This document shows positions 34,305 through 45,260 of a stretch of 64,000 nucleotides of DNA, in pieces. The DNA lies in IMG/VR virus record IMGVR_UViG_3300005836_000011, positions 1 to 64,000 of that record. One strand, 5' to 3'. Position 1 is the stretch's first letter. Each line of letters opens with the position of its first letter. The translations under genes were made by a program, and so were the position numbers. Under the pieces are notes generated by a model. It saw only the letters and a list, made by a program, of their open reading frames with translations. It was not told where the DNA came from and made no database searches. The DNA comes from a virus (taxonomy: Duplodnaviria; Heunggongvirae; Uroviricota; Caudoviricetes).

Positions 34305-35435
34305 TTATGCGGACCAACCTTCCCCCCAAAGAGTGTCGAGCTGGTCGAACCAGCGTGTAAACTTTTTCCCGACCGCGTCGAAGCCGTAGCGGTCGATCGC
34401 AGCCTTGCGAATCTTCTTGCGGTCCAGAGTCTCGGCGTACTCGACTGCGGCCACGGCCTGACTCAAGGTACTGAAGCGAGCGCCCACGTCGGGGGTGACG
34501 ATCTCGGTGAATGATCCCCAGTCGCTCGCTACCACAGGGGTTCCGCTCATCATCGCCTCGACCGCGACGCCTCCGAATGGCTCAACGTAGAGCGTCGGAA
34601 CGATTACCGCCGCTGCGTCGGCCATGAGATCGGCGCGATCGGCGAAGCGCACCTCACCAACGTATTCGATCCCCGGCGCCCTGAGAGATACCTCGGGAGC
34701 ATTGATCTCACCCTTCTTCCAAGTTGAGGGACCTGGTCCAGCGACGAGCAGGCGCCTCCCCATGCGCTCGGCGATCGCTGCAGCTACCTGCGGCCCCTTG
34801 CGCAGCACCACGCGACCGATGTAGAGCAGGTAGTCATCGCTCTTTTTGCGCTTGCGCTTCGCAGGGTCATGAAACTGTGTCTGGTCGAAGAAGTTGGGGA
34901 TGACAGAATCGAAGGCCCGCCCGTTGCGAATCTCGCGCATCCCGTAGACGTGGTGCATCCAGGCGTAGCTCTCGAAGGCGCAGAAGGGAGAGAAGATTCC
35001 TTCGTACCCGACTGCCCACTCGACGGTGATCGGATTGATGAACCCAGGGCCACCGATCGCATGAGCGATGGGATGATGCGCCCAGCCAGCGGTAACGCAG
35101 AGATAGTCGCGTGGCTGCACGCGCTCGCGGAGTGCGTCAATCGCCCTAGTGTTCGCCTCGAAGAAGTACGGCTCAGAGGGGAGCCATAGGAACGGACTTC
35201 GTACCGTATCGAAGCCATCCCCAAAGCCCCAGCGATCGCGATCTGCCTTTGTCGTGATGACGACGTGTTCATCAGGCTCGCAGGCGATCTCGTCAGGTCC
35301 ATAGAGGATGACCTTGCAGCCCTGCGCCTGCATCATCGGTACGAACTTCAGAACTTTCATCGAGTACGCGCATGAAGAATCTTTCTCGGTTAGCGTCGTG
35401 TGTGGCAATGCCACAACATGGAGAACGCGAGTCAC
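34305..35435 (-). CDS. GT-B fold glycosyltransferase (GT4/GT1 family)
   Basis: VIVPTLYVEPFGGVAVEAMMSGTPVV is the E-x7-E donor-binding signature of retaining GT4 enzymes. Confidence 0.7.
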   Translation of the reverse strand: MTRVLHVVALPHTTLTEKDSSCAYSMKVLKFVPMMQAQGCKVILYGPDEIACEPDEHVVITTKADRDRWGFGDGFDTVRSPFLWLPSEPYFFEANTRAIDALRERVQPRDYLCVTAGWAHHPIAHAIGGPGFINPITVEWAVGYEGIFSPFCAFESYAWMHHVYGMREIRNGRAFDSVIPNFFDQTQFHDPAKRKRKKSDDYLLYIGRVVLRKGPQVAAAIAERMGRRLLVAGPGPSTWKKGEINAPEVSLRAPGIEYVGEVRFADRADLMADAAAVIVPTLYVEPFGGVAVEAMMSGTPVVASDWGSFTEIVTPDVGARFSTLSQAVAAVEYAETLDRKKIRKAAIDRYGFDAVGKKFTRWFDQLDTLWGEGWSA

Positions 35436-35484
35436 AATTGTGAAGCGTACACATCGGTTCCGACGGTATCTCTAGAATTATTCC

Positions 35485-35892
35485 ATGGGACCGGGAGATC
35501 GTTTCGGTCGCCTCGTTCTTTTGGAGCGAGTCTCAACTGACAAGAATTACAACGTTAAGTGGCGCTGTCACTGCGACTGTGGGCGCGAGACACTTGTGTT
35601 TAGGCAGCACTTACGAAGTGGACGCAGCACGTCATGTGGATGCCGACGTAGCGAGGTAACCTCTGCGCGAAATTGGAAAGGTGACCGAGCGAGTTACAGC
35701 GCTTTGCACAAATGGATCGCGAGTCGCAAGGAGAGGTCGGGAATATGCAGCCATTGTGGGAATAAACGTCGTACACAGTGGGCGAACATCGACCATCGCT
35801 ATCGCCGCGATCTTAGCGATTGGATAGAACTATGTTCACCTTGTCATTGGAAATATGATCAGGCAACCAAGACCATTATTTCCATGGGGTGA
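35485..35892 (+). CDS. HNH endonuclease
   Basis: CHCDCG and CSHCGN Zn clusters, then NIDHRYRRDLSDWIELCSPCH. Opposite strand to its neighbours. Confidence 0.65.
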   Translation: MGPGDRFGRLVLLERVSTDKNYNVKWRCHCDCGRETLVFRQHLRSGRSTSCGCRRSEVTSARNWKGDRASYSALHKWIASRKERSGICSHCGNKRRTQWANIDHRYRRDLSDWIELCSPCHWKYDQATKTIISMG

Positions 35893-36130
35893 TCATCACG
35901 CCAAGATGGACCTGTGCAAACGGGCTCCATCCGCTGATCGTTGCGCTCCTGTCGACCGCAGAGCGGGCAGCGATACACGAATCCAGATCCAGTCTCGAAG
36001 AGGCCGGTCTCGATGAGGGCCTTGGCCGAATCGTCCTCACCGTCGTAGGCTCGTCGTTCGCGCTTGACCAAATACGGCTCCTTATGAGTGGGAAGCCAAA
36101 TAGGAGTTCCCTCGGTATGCCGTAGTTCAG

Positions 36131-36673
36131 TCATTGCCACTCCTCCACTGGGCATGTGATCCCTGAGAGAATACTCTCTCGATCAGCCTCGTATCCATTC
36201 GCGTACTTTCCATTATGCCACTCGATGAGGATCTGCGAGAATCTATCCATGAGGCCGTTCTCGATCAGATGAGGAAGGAGCACATATTCGGCTCCCTCGA
36301 TGTCGACCTTGAGCACGATCCGAGCCTCGGGCAGAGTCCTGACCCAGGCGGAGAAATCGAAGGCCTTGGTCCGTTCTTTCTCGTCGAAGTCGACATGAGT
36401 ACAGTTGCCTTGCAGACAGAGGCCGACCTCAATGTCATCCGTCCAAGCAGCCCTCCGAGCAGTGATGACGGTGGTTCCGAAGACACTGCCGACGGCATCC
36501 GGCAAGCCTGGGTGAGGATCAAAGCCAAAGAGGACGGTCGGTGAGAAGCGCTTGATCAGTGTTTGGATTGAGTCCTCTAGCCGATTTCCTCGCTGATAAC
36601 TACAGCAACCGAGGTCGATGACAATGTCGGTCTCGAGCGACGAGACTGAGTGAACGGCGAGCGCGTTACTCAT
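36131..36673 (-). CDS. FkbM-family methyltransferase
   Basis: IVIDLGCCSY...KVDIEGAEYVLL is diagnostic of the FkbM family. Confidence 0.6.
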   Translation of the reverse strand: MSNALAVHSVSSLETDIVIDLGCCSYQRGNRLEDSIQTLIKRFSPTVLFGFDPHPGLPDAVGSVFGTTVITARRAAWTDDIEVGLCLQGNCTHVDFDEKERTKAFDFSAWVRTLPEARIVLKVDIEGAEYVLLPHLIENGLMDRFSQILIEWHNGKYANGYEADRESILSGITCPVEEWQ

Positions 36674-37260
36674 TGCATCATCTTGTCGTGCTCTGGCAAG
36701 TGACTCGGAGGACCCTGTGGCCCTTTCTTCTTCGCGCGGTGCCGAGCTTGGTACTCACGCATCTTCTCACGGCGGCGGATCTGCTGTTCGGTGAGTCCTT
36801 CGGTGCTGTATCGCGAGTGTCGGCCACAGGTGCATCCTGGGGAGCAGGGCTTCGTGCCTCCGAGTCCCTGGGGTGAAGGCTCTGGACGTTCGTCGAACTT
36901 CTCTCTCGCTATCAGATATTGCTCGCGCTTCGGATCGCAGAGCCAGGGCCAGAGAAGATCAAAAAGAGTATCCACAGCCTTCCCGGAGACCTGATAACTC
37001 CACTGAGGATTCTGGGAGAGCAGATTCTTTGTCGGGATGTATGGACCGTAGATCTTGCCGACCCCCACCGCGCGAACGAAGCGATCAAGAGGTTCTCGCC
37101 TGTTCTGATTCACGCTGGCTCGCAAGTAGATATCGCTGGCTACGCGCTTCCTGCCGTCGTTCTTTCCGTAGCACCCACAGGAGCCTTCTCCGTCCCAGAA
37201 TCCCGCGGCCCAAGCAAGCTCCTCACGATGATATGCCGCCTGTGCGCGTTCATCACCCAC
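36670..37260 (-). CDS. LAGLIDADG-family homing endonuclease, free-standing paralog
   Basis: REELAWAAGFWDGEGSC, LDRFVRAVGVGKIY and QWSYQVSGKAVDTLFDLLWPWL are colinear with the 17226 gene. Confidence 0.65.
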   Translation of the reverse strand: MGDERAQAAYHREELAWAAGFWDGEGSCGCYGKNDGRKRVASDIYLRASVNQNRREPLDRFVRAVGVGKIYGPYIPTKNLLSQNPQWSYQVSGKAVDTLFDLLWPWLCDPKREQYLIAREKFDERPEPSPQGLGGTKPCSPGCTCGRHSRYSTEGLTEQQIRRREKMREYQARHRAKKKGPQGPPSHLPEHDKMMQ

Positions 37261-37293
37261 ACAGGCAGCATATCAGCGTCAGTGGATACCCAC

Positions 37294-37629
37294 TTAGCTG
37301 AAAATGTACCCTCCGATCGTCAGCATAACGATCGAGCCTGTTGCCGTGTCACTCTTGTAGCCGAGCCACGACACGGTAGTCGCCGGAACGACCCACCACC
37401 CGTTGAAGATGGCAGGAACAAGCGCCGTCAACGCGTAGGCATCGAACAGCCTCGTCGCAGCCGCGTCCGCGGTACCGACCGTAACCGTGAACGAGTGCGA
37501 TGCAGCAGAACTCGATGCGTGAATCGTGCGTAGAACGCCGGTGTTCGCCGCGGTCGAGGTCTGATACGCCGCTGTCGACGTAATCGACGTCATTGCCGGA
37601 ACGAGTGCAGCTGGATTGTAAGCAGCCAT
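37294..37629 (-). CDS. hypothetical small structural-type protein
   Basis: ORF track; Ala/Thr/Ser-rich. Confidence 0.4.
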   Translation of the reverse strand: MAAYNPAALVPAMTSITSTAAYQTSTAANTGVLRTIHASSSAASHSFTVTVGTADAAATRLFDAYALTALVPAIFNGWWVVPATTVSWLGYKSDTATGSIVMLTIGGYIFS

Positions 37630-37633
37630 GTGT

Positions 37634-38365
37634 TTATTTCACCTCCTGCATCATCTCGCGGTTCAGTTCCTTTAGCTCGTCATCGAGTTCGACGAGATTG
37701 ATGTCTTCTCCGATCGCGTTACGAATCGAGCCATGCGGATAGACCACCATCGTCTTGTGATGGCCGGGGTTGCAGGCAGGGACGAGGATGGGCGTATAGC
37801 CCGCCTCGCGCGCGCGCCAGGAGAAGGAGAGGTCTTCGCCAGTTGAGCGCTCGTCATTGACGGGCCAAAATGCTCCTGGCCCAATCTCCTCGAACACCTC
37901 TCGATGGACAAGCGTAAAGCCCATTCCAACAACGCCGACCTCAATAGGCTTTTCTGGCAACTGCACAAGATTGTGGTAGACCATCGGCTCGTCGTCGTTC
38001 CAAACTCCCACGACCTGGAATCCGTTCTCGAGGACATACGTTCCCGCATACACGCCAGGTCCGCGCTTTGCAGCTTCGTCATAGAGCGCAAAAACGTCTG
38101 CTGGCGTGAAGACCATGTCGTTGTCGACGGAGAGCAGCCATTCACGACCGGTGTCCATGAACTGGTTCTGCAGCTGATTGCGGTTGGCGTGGATATAGGG
38201 GCCAAAGACCAATAGCCAATCTGAGTTGAACCGATTGTTCGGATCGTTCTTGAACAGGTTGAGCACCGAGTGCATGAACCAGAAGTTCACGCTGGGACCT
38301 GTGATGAAGCCGAGGATGGAGTCGGGTTGATTCATGGCGCGGAGTGTAGGGCTTGTCTCGGTCAT
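37634..38365 (-). CDS. GT-A fold glycosyltransferase (GT2-like)
   Basis: LLSVDNDMVF DxD-type motif. Confidence 0.5.
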   Translation of the reverse strand: MTETSPTLRAMNQPDSILGFITGPSVNFWFMHSVLNLFKNDPNNRFNSDWLLVFGPYIHANRNQLQNQFMDTGREWLLSVDNDMVFTPADVFALYDEAAKRGPGVYAGTYVLENGFQVVGVWNDDEPMVYHNLVQLPEKPIEVGVVGMGFTLVHREVFEEIGPGAFWPVNDERSTGEDLSFSWRAREAGYTPILVPACNPGHHKTMVVYPHGSIRNAIGEDINLVELDDELKELNREMMQEVK

Positions 38366-39729
38366 TACAGGCCCACTGCCCTTCGCATGCTACTGATCAA
38401 GCACATCGAGAGACCGGGCGCGAGCCTAGGCCGCCTCTCGCTCCACCACTCGCGCACCCACTTCATCAGCACGCCCGGATCGTTGAAGTTCACGAACCCC
38501 TGCTCCAGCACCAGCACCGTCGCGACGTACTCGGTCACTGACTCGGTCAACGTGATCCACGAGTCGCCAGCCGCGCTCGCGCTCGTACCGTTGTAGGAGA
38601 AGCGCAAGGTCTGCCCGGTGACCACCGCGCCGAAGCCGTCGTCATAGAACACACGAAGCCTCAACCGTTGACCATCGGTAACCGACACATCTGGCCCGAG
38701 GATCTGAAGTTGCCAGGTGGAGGTATCGGTGATCGTCAACTCGTTAGAACCTGCGGTTGTATCAAAGGCCATCGTGCACACCCCGAACAACGTCGCACCA
38801 CTGCCGTCGTTGTTCACGACGTGCAACTCGGCGTGCAACTTGGCGTGCACTGTAGTCGTGCAATAGGCGCGCAGATTTACAAGTACGACCCCTGAGAGTG
38901 TGAAGGCGTTGAGTTGCCGCGAGTACCACTCGATTGCGGTGCCGCCACTCGTCCACTGCGTCGGACTGACCGGCCCAGCCGCGCTCGTCATCGTGGCTTC
39001 GACCGAACCGGAGCCGCGACTCGTCCACATCTCCTTCTCTAGGTTCGCCCCGACATCTGGCCCGGCCGTGTCGGTCAGGAACATCTGCGTTCCGGCGGGA
39101 TCGCTCGTCACGACGGAGAACGTTTCGTTGAACTGGATGTAGGTGTCGCCGTCAGCCGCCGCAGTCGGTCCGTTCGTGTCCACTGTGAAGGTGAACCCGG
39201 TCCCCATCGTGGTCGAGTCGTCTCCGTAGATCCTCAGTCGGATACGGTCGCCCTTCTTCATATCCGTCGAAGTAGGCGTGACCGTGAAGTTCTGAACGGC
39301 TACCGACGTTCCCAACTCGGTCGTCCTCGCTGTCTGCGCGATAGTGCTCCTGGCAAGGGTCGTGCCGTCGATCCTTTCGATGATCGCGTTGATCGCGACG
39401 TTCGCGCTCATGTTGCTCTCAAGGGCCCAGAAGTTGAGCGTGATCGTTCCCGAGATGGTCACGTCCGCGGCCAGCGGATCGCTCACCCAGTCAACGCTTC
39501 CGACCTCGATCCCGTTCGTTGGCCCCGCGACGGTGTTGGACGTTTCGGCTTGCTTGGTCCACGTCCCGGTCGGCGACCCCTGTTGATTCAGCCGTCTCGG
39601 TCCAGACCAGTAGAGCGATGTGCCTGCGAGAGTGTTGCTCGGTGTCAGATGTACGCCGCCCTTTATGCACGCCGCCCCAGATGAAAGAGCGACACCGGGA
39701 TCGGTCACAGGATAGAAGCGGGTCGCCAT
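38365..39729 (-). CDS. protein with tandemly duplicated beta-sandwich-like domain
   Basis: Internal repeat: RIRLRIYGDD...FTFTVDTNG...AAADGDTYIQFNETFS versus RLRLRVFYDDGF...LRFSYNGTSASAAGDSWITLTESV. Confidence 0.5.
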   Translation of the reverse strand: MATRFYPVTDPGVALSSGAACIKGGVHLTPSNTLAGTSLYWSGPRRLNQQGSPTGTWTKQAETSNTVAGPTNGIEVGSVDWVSDPLAADVTISGTITLNFWALESNMSANVAINAIIERIDGTTLARSTIAQTARTTELGTSVAVQNFTVTPTSTDMKKGDRIRLRIYGDDSTTMGTGFTFTVDTNGPTAAADGDTYIQFNETFSVVTSDPAGTQMFLTDTAGPDVGANLEKEMWTSRGSGSVEATMTSAAGPVSPTQWTSGGTAIEWYSRQLNAFTLSGVVLVNLRAYCTTTVHAKLHAELHVVNNDGSGATLFGVCTMAFDTTAGSNELTITDTSTWQLQILGPDVSVTDGQRLRLRVFYDDGFGAVVTGQTLRFSYNGTSASAAGDSWITLTESVTEYVATVLVLEQGFVNFNDPGVLMKWVREWWSERRPRLAPGLSMCLISSMRRAVGL

Positions 39730-39953
39730 CTAACTCCTCCACCAGCGTCGCCAGGGTCGCCATGCTGGCCGCTCGGCATTCAGGTTGCGCTGGCCGGGCC
39801 AGCCGTCGAGGCGGAAGATAGCCCGCCGAAGGATCGGCGTCTGCAACGTGTCGAAGCGCTGCGCGTGGTCACGCAGATCCCGCTCGGCCTGGTCGATCCG
39901 CACCGACAACGAGGCGATGTGCTGTTCCGCCTCCTCCAACGAACGTACCTGCG

Positions 39954-40385
39954 TCATCCCGTGAAACTCACCACATTGGAGTCGGGGCGCGTGTAGTCGC
40001 CCGCCCCGCTCGGCTGGTAGACCCATGCTGAGCAGGCGACCCCAGGTCGCGCGAGGGCGGTGAGGAACGTCGGCACCGTCTGCCCGAAGTAGGGTGAGAG
40101 TGGGTCGGTGACGATCAAGCTGGTGACCCAGCCCGTGTCGCCCACGGTGGAGAATCCCTCGCAGCGCACGACGACCTGCGCGAGCCACCAGATATTCTGA
40201 CGCCGGTTTGACCGCTGCACCTCGACGGTCACGGTGTCGTAGGGCGAATCCGTCGCCACGCTTGCCACACGAACGGTGAACCCGTTGTCGTTGCCCTTCG
40301 CGGTCGCGCCCGCACTCAGGACGAGCCCCGCTACGAGCACGGCGGCCAGCGACGCAATCCTGCTCATCACTGCCTCCTTAGACAT
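39954..40385 (-). CDS. secreted protein (signal peptide)
   Basis: [23 protein letters not shown] looks like a signal peptide. Confidence 0.45.
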   Translation of the reverse strand: MSKEAVMSRIASLAAVLVAGLVLSAGATAKGNDNGFTVRVASVATDSPYDTVTVEVQRSNRRQNIWWLAQVVVRCEGFSTVGDTGWVTSLIVTDPLSPYFGQTVPTFLTALARPGVACSAWVYQPSGAGDYTRPDSNVVSFTG

Positions 40386-43300
40386 TCTTCCTCGTATAGT
40401 TGATCATCACGCCAATCAGCATCGCATCTGCCGCAAGCGTGTCAGAGCCGTCGGCAGGTACGCGCTTCACACGAATGAACACCGTTTCGCTGGCTGCGGG
40501 AGTTCCGCCAACCGTGATCGCGGGAGTGGATGCGCTTTGGAACTGGAGCAACGTCGTACCCGCGGTCGGTGTATCCGCGATCTGCTGCGCTGTGCCATAG
40601 GCGGAGGCCGTATCTGTGCCATCGCCCAGAGCGACCGCCTCCAACGCCCAGACAACCCCGCTCGTACTCGTGCCCACGCGCGTCCAGTCAAACTGCGCGG
40701 TGATCGTTCCACCATCCCAGTCCGACGGCATCCGCAGAGTTGCACAAGCGAACTCCTGTGTCGTCTGGTCGAAGTCGAGCGTGTAGTAGTTGTGGCTGCT
40801 CGTTCCAGCGACATTCTTGTTCTGAGCAGCGCCGTTGGTCGTCGCTGGCACCATGCCCGAAGCGGTGAGATAGAGCTGCCCCGCAGGTGCCGGGCCACGC
40901 TGCCCATCAAGGCCGTGGATGCCCTCTGGCCCGGTCGCACCTGTCGCGCCGGCTCCTGTCGCTCCCGAGACTCCCGTTGCCCCGGTAGCACCCGAGATGC
41001 CGGTCGCGCCTGTTGCGCCAGAGATACCCGTCGGCCCGGTTGCTCCCCTGTCGCCAGACGGCCCCTCCAGACCATCGAGTCCCTGTGCTCCTGTTGCACC
41101 ACTGATTCCGGTTGCGCCAGTTGCGCCCGATATGCCGGTCGGCCCAGTTGCGCCCGAGACACCCGTGGCCCCCGTCGCCCCACTGACGCCGGTGGCGCCC
41201 GTTGCTCCTGAGACACCCCTATCTCCCGACGCACCCTCCAGGCCGTCGAGGCCCTGCGGCCCAGTGGCTCCGCTGATGCCAGTAGCTCCAGTTGCGCCAG
41301 ATACGCCGGTAGCCCCGGTAGCACCAGAAACGCCCGTGGCGCCAGTGGCCCCCGACACCCCGGTGGCGCCCGTGGCGCCAGAGATGCCGGTTGCACCTGT
41401 CGCTCCGCTGACGCCCGTTGCCCCAGTCGTTCCCCGATCTCCCGAGCGACCTTCGAGACCGTCGAGACCCTGTGGGCCGGTTGCTCCACTGATTCCCGTA
41501 GCGCCGGTAGCTCCGCTCACTCCGGTAGCGCCAGTAGCGCCTGAAACTCCGGTTGCCCCAGTAGCGCCCGAAACACCGGTTGCACCAGTGGCGCCCGAGA
41601 CTCCGGTGGCTCCAGTAGCCCCGGAGACACCAGTGGCGCCAGTGGCACCCGACACCCCAGTTGCTCCCGTCGCGCCAGACACACCGGTCGTACCAGGCGA
41701 TCCATCGAGTCCGTCAATCCCCTGCGGGCCCGTCGCTCCCGAGACGCCCGTGGCACCAGTCGCACCGGATACACCAGTTGCTCCCGTCGCGCCAGACACA
41801 CCTGTGGCTCCAGTCGCGCCAGAGACCCCGGTCGCGCCCGTTGCGCCAGAAACGCCTGTCGCTCCAGTCGCGCCAGAAACGCCCGTCGCCCCCGTCACAC
41901 CCTTGTCGCCGGAAGCTCCCTCGAGACCATCGAGACCCTGGGGACCCGTCGCACCGGATACGCCTGTCGCGCCAGTAGCGCCGGAGACCCCAGTAGCGCC
42001 GGTTGCTCCACTGACTCCGGTAGCACCAGTGGCACCGGATATGCCTGTTGCACCCGTTGCTCCAGAGACGCCCGTCGCTCCAGTAGCACCGGATACACCA
42101 GTGGCCCCCGTAGCGCCCGAGATGCCTGTGGCACCTGTGACTCCCCTATCTCCTGATGCTCCCTCCAGTCCATCCAGCCCCTGCGATCCAGTAGCACCAC
42201 TTATTCCTGTGGCACCAGTTGCCCCGGATATTCCGGTTGCGCCAGTGGCTCCGCTGATGCCTGTTGCGCCTGTCGCGCCAGAGATACCCGTTGCTCCGGT
42301 GGCTCCTGAAATACCTGTGGCACCCGTAGCTCCACTAACTCCTGTGGCACCCGTTGCTCCTGAAACACCCGTAGCTCCCGTAGCCCCTGTGACGCCCTTG
42401 TCTCCCGATGGCCCCTCCAGCCCATCGAGGCCCTGCGCGCCGGTTGCGCCGGATATGCCAGTCGCGCCCGTTGCTCCTGATATTCCCGTGGCACCAGTTG
42501 CACCAGATACCCCGGTTGCCCCCGTAGCTCCGGAGACACCCGTGGCACCAGTAGCACCGGAAACACCGGTTGCCCCAGTGGCACCACTGATTCCTGTGGC
42601 ACCAGTGGCCCCTGAAACTCCAGTCGCTCCTGTGACTCCCTTGTCTCCAGAGGCCCCTTCTAGGCCATCGAGACCCTGTGGGCCGGTAGCGCCCGACACA
42701 CCAGTTGCACCCGTAGCCCCACTGATTCCCGTGGCTCCTGTCGCCCCGGAAACTCCGGTAGCGCCTGTGGCTCCCGAAACCCCGGTTGCGCCAGTTGCTC
42801 CGGATACCCCCGTAGCACCAGTTGCGCCCGATACTCCGGTCGGGCCTGCCGCTCCGGATATCCCAGCACTTCCATCAAGCCCATCCAACCCTTGCGGCCC
42901 AGTAGCCCCCGACACTCCAGTAGATCCGGTCGCTCCCGAAACCCCGGTTGCGCCTGTTGCCCCAGAAACTCCGGTTGCTCCGGTAGCGCCGGATACTCCA
43001 GTCGCACCCGTTGCTCCTGAAACTCCCGTAGCGCCTGTTGCACCCGATACGCCAGTTGCTCCAGTTGCTCCGCTGACTCCTGTAGCCCCCGTTGCTCCGC
43101 TGGCACCAGTTTGGCCCTGAGAACCATCAAGCCCAGGGATGGCCTCTGGACCAGTCGCACCAGAAATCCCTGTTGCTCCGGTAGCTCCAGAGATACCTGT
43201 TGCGCCGGTAGCACCGCTAACTCCGGTTGCTCCAGTTGCACCCGAAACTCCGGTTGCTCCAGTGGCGCCGCTTATACCTGTCGCTCCGGTAGCCCCACTT

Positions 43301-45180
43301 ACTCCGGTTGCCCCCGTGACCCCCTTATCACCCGAAGCGCCTTCCAGGCCATCGAGTCCTTGCGGGCCGGTTGCTCCACTAATCCCAGTCGCTCCAGTCG
43401 CACCTGATACACCCGTAGCTCCCGTAGCGCCCGAAACACCAGTAGCTCCAGTTGCACCGGATACGCCAGTCGCGCCAGTAGCGCCGCTGACACCTGTTGC
43501 TCCTGTAGCGCCGGAGACCCCGGTAGCGCCCGTGGCTCCTGAAATGCCTGTCGCGCCAGTAGCGCCTGAGATACCTGTCGGCCCCTGCCCTCCATCAATG
43601 CCATCGAGGCCAGCCGGCCCAGTTGCCCCACTGATTCCGGTTGCTCCGGTGTTTCCTCCCCCAGGACCAGTCTGGCCCGTGGGACCCGTGGCACCCGTGG
43701 CGCCTGACCCGGTGGCACCGATGCCTCCGTCAACGCCATCCAGTCCGGCGGGGCCAGTCGCTCCACTAACGCCCGTGGAGCCTGTCGCTCCCGAAACCCC
43801 CGTCGCCCCGGTGGCTCCGGAAATCCCAGTAGCTCCAGTTACACCCTTGTCGCCCGAAGGTCCATCGAGGCCATCGAGTCCTTGAGGACCAGTGGCTCCC
43901 GAAACCCCGGTAGACCCGGTAGCCCCAGAAATCCCTGTGGCTCCAGTGGCTCCGGAAATGCCCGTGGCGCCTGTCGCGCCCGACACTCCGGTCGCACCTG
44001 TTGCACCCGAGACACCTGTGGCACCTGTAGCTCCGGAGACTCCTGATCCGGTCGCGCCCGTCCCTCCAACAGCGCCATCAATTCCGTCAGTCCCCTGTGG
44101 GCCGGTCGCACCGCTTGATCCTGTGGCGCCAGATACACCAGTCGCTCCTGTTGCTCCGGAAACTCCCGTAGCGCCCGTCGCTCCGCTGACACCAGTTGCC
44201 CCAGCACCCGTAGCGCCAGTCGCTCCCGAGCTCCCGGTAGCACCCGAGACACCTGTCGCGCCTGTCGCGCCCGTGACGCCAGCGCCTGTCGGCCCAGTCG
44301 GGCCGTCTGCGCCAGATGCGCCATCGGATCCTGTGGCACCCGTATTGCCCTGCGCTCCCGCCGAGATCGGCGTCAGCACCGACGACGTGTTCACCGAACC
44401 CATGTAGTACGTCGTGAGGTCGGTAGAGCCGCCGCCCGAGTCCTTGACCGCGTAGAGCTTGACTACAAGCAGGTCGTCTACGAGAAGCGCTATTGGAGCC
44501 GCTTGCGAGTACGTCCAGATTGCAGACTGAACCAGCGTGTTATCGATCTCTCCCGAGTCCGACGTAAAGAGCAGCGTCTCGCCACCGCCAGCCGCGCGCT
44601 TGTAGACCTCGGCGCGCAGGTAGACAACGCCGATTGCGCTGTCCACGTCGGCGCTAATCGAGAAGCGCCAGAGGCCGACGGGAATCTCCTCGATGGCCGG
44701 TACGCCAACGATGGTCGAGAACTCCTCGATGAGAACCGGGCTCGTTCCGGTCGTGACGCCGGCGATGATCGTGTCCTCGGCATCTGCCGATGGAAACTTC
44801 CGCGCCTGTCCATACCCGCCTATCGTCGGGTGAGCCGTCGTCCATAGCCAGAATCTCGCCCCAGCCTCACCTGCTGGCCCAGTCGGACCGGTTGCGCCCG
44901 TCGCGCCAGTGACTCCGTCCGTTCCGATCGTGCCGGAAGGGCCAGTAGCGCCAGTCGCACCCGAAGGGCCACCAGCAGGGCCCGTGGCGCCCGTTGCTCC
45001 AGTCTGTCCTGCGCCCGATCCTCCGGCAGGAGGATCAACGTACTCGTGAATCCAGCCACCAGGGAAGCCAGGCTCGCCCAGTACCGCCGGGCGGGTCTGG
45101 AGCATCTTCTGGTCGCCGATGGCCGAGTCATCGACGTCAAGAAGCCTGCGAAGGAAACGTATTACGCGAACAGCGGCCAT
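40378..45180 (-). CDS. giant collagen-like triple-helix repeat protein (1600 aa), putative virion fibre
   Basis: About 1150 residues of uninterrupted Gly-X-Y ([13 protein letters not shown]..., punctuated by [19 protein letters not shown]). N-terminal 250-aa and C-terminal 230-aa non-collagen domains. Confidence 0.85.
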   Translation of the reverse strand: MAAVRVIRFLRRLLDVDDSAIGDQKMLQTRPAVLGEPGFPGGWIHEYVDPPAGGSGAGQTGATGATGPAGGPSGATGATGPSGTIGTDGVTGATGATGPTGPAGEAGARFWLWTTAHPTIGGYGQARKFPSADAEDTIIAGVTTGTSPVLIEEFSTIVGVPAIEEIPVGLWRFSISADVDSAIGVVYLRAEVYKRAAGGGETLLFTSDSGEIDNTLVQSAIWTYSQAAPIALLVDDLLVVKLYAVKDSGGGSTDLTTYYMGSVNTSSVLTPISAGAQGNTGATGSDGASGADGPTGPTGAGVTGATGATGVSGATGSSGATGATGAGATGVSGATGATGVSGATGATGVSGATGSSGATGPQGTDGIDGAVGGTGATGSGVSGATGATGVSGATGATGVSGATGATGISGATGATGISGATGSTGVSGATGPQGLDGLDGPSGDKGVTGATGISGATGATGVSGATGSTGVSGATGPAGLDGVDGGIGATGSGATGATGPTGQTGPGGGNTGATGISGATGPAGLDGIDGGQGPTGISGATGATGISGATGATGVSGATGATGVSGATGATGVSGATGATGVSGATGATGVSGATGATGISGATGPQGLDGLEGASGDKGVTGATGVSGATGATGISGATGATGVSGATGATGVSGATGATGISGATGATGISGATGPEAIPGLDGSQGQTGASGATGATGVSGATGATGVSGATGATGVSGATGATGVSGATGATGVSGATGATGVSGATGSTGVSGATGPQGLDGLDGSAGISGAAGPTGVSGATGATGVSGATGATGVSGATGATGVSGATGATGISGATGATGVSGATGPQGLDGLEGASGDKGVTGATGVSGATGATGISGATGATGVSGATGATGVSGATGATGVSGATGATGISGATGATGISGATGAQGLDGLEGPSGDKGVTGATGATGVSGATGATGVSGATGATGISGATGATGISGATGATGISGATGATGISGATGATGISGATGSQGLDGLEGASGDRGVTGATGISGATGATGVSGATGATGVSGATGATGISGATGATGVSGATGATGVSGATGATGVSGATGPQGLDGLEGASGDKGVTGATGVSGATGATGVSGATGATGVSGATGATGVSGATGATGVSGATGATGVSGATGPQGIDGLDGSPGTTGVSGATGATGVSGATGATGVSGATGATGVSGATGATGVSGATGATGVSGATGATGVSGATGATGISGATGPQGLDGLEGRSGDRGTTGATGVSGATGATGISGATGATGVSGATGATGVSGATGATGVSGATGATGISGATGPQGLDGLEGASGDRGVSGATGATGVSGATGATGVSGATGPTGISGATGATGISGATGAQGLDGLEGPSGDRGATGPTGISGATGATGISGATGATGVSGATGAGATGATGPEGIHGLDGQRGPAPAGQLYLTASGMVPATTNGAAQNKNVAGTSSHNYYTLDFDQTTQEFACATLRMPSDWDGGTITAQFDWTRVGTSTSGVVWALEAVALGDGTDTASAYGTAQQIADTPTAGTTLLQFQSASTPAITVGGTPAASETVFIRVKRVPADGSDTLAADAMLIGVMINYTRKNV
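40880..44350. repeat. nested tandem repeats (9/27-nt and about 300-nt units) encoding the Gly-X-Y region
   Basis: Repeats are visible at both nucleotide and protein level. The antisense strand carries spurious Pro/Ala/Val ORFs. Confidence 0.8.
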
Positions 45181-45260
45181 AGTGACCTCCGCAGCTCGGC
45201 ACCGCCCTCACTCACGAGGGCAGTGCCGTGGCCTAGCGGTAAACCTCCGAAGAGTTCAAA

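Noticed and set aside
40880-44350. Regular short repeats that could be mistaken for a CRISPR array
   Set aside because: The repeats are contiguous 9/27-nt coding units with no unique spacers and sit inside one long ORF. This is not CRISPR architecture.
40400-44847. Long plus-strand ORFs (for example 40919-43120, 733 aa of [13 protein letters not shown] repeats) and multiple minus-strand alternative-frame ORFs across the collagen-like gene
   Set aside because: They are the antisense or off-frame reading of the GGN-rich Gly-X-Y repeats. Pro/Ala/Val repeats are the expected artefact. The minus-strand 1600-aa frame has start/stop coupling with its neighbours and a coherent domain structure.
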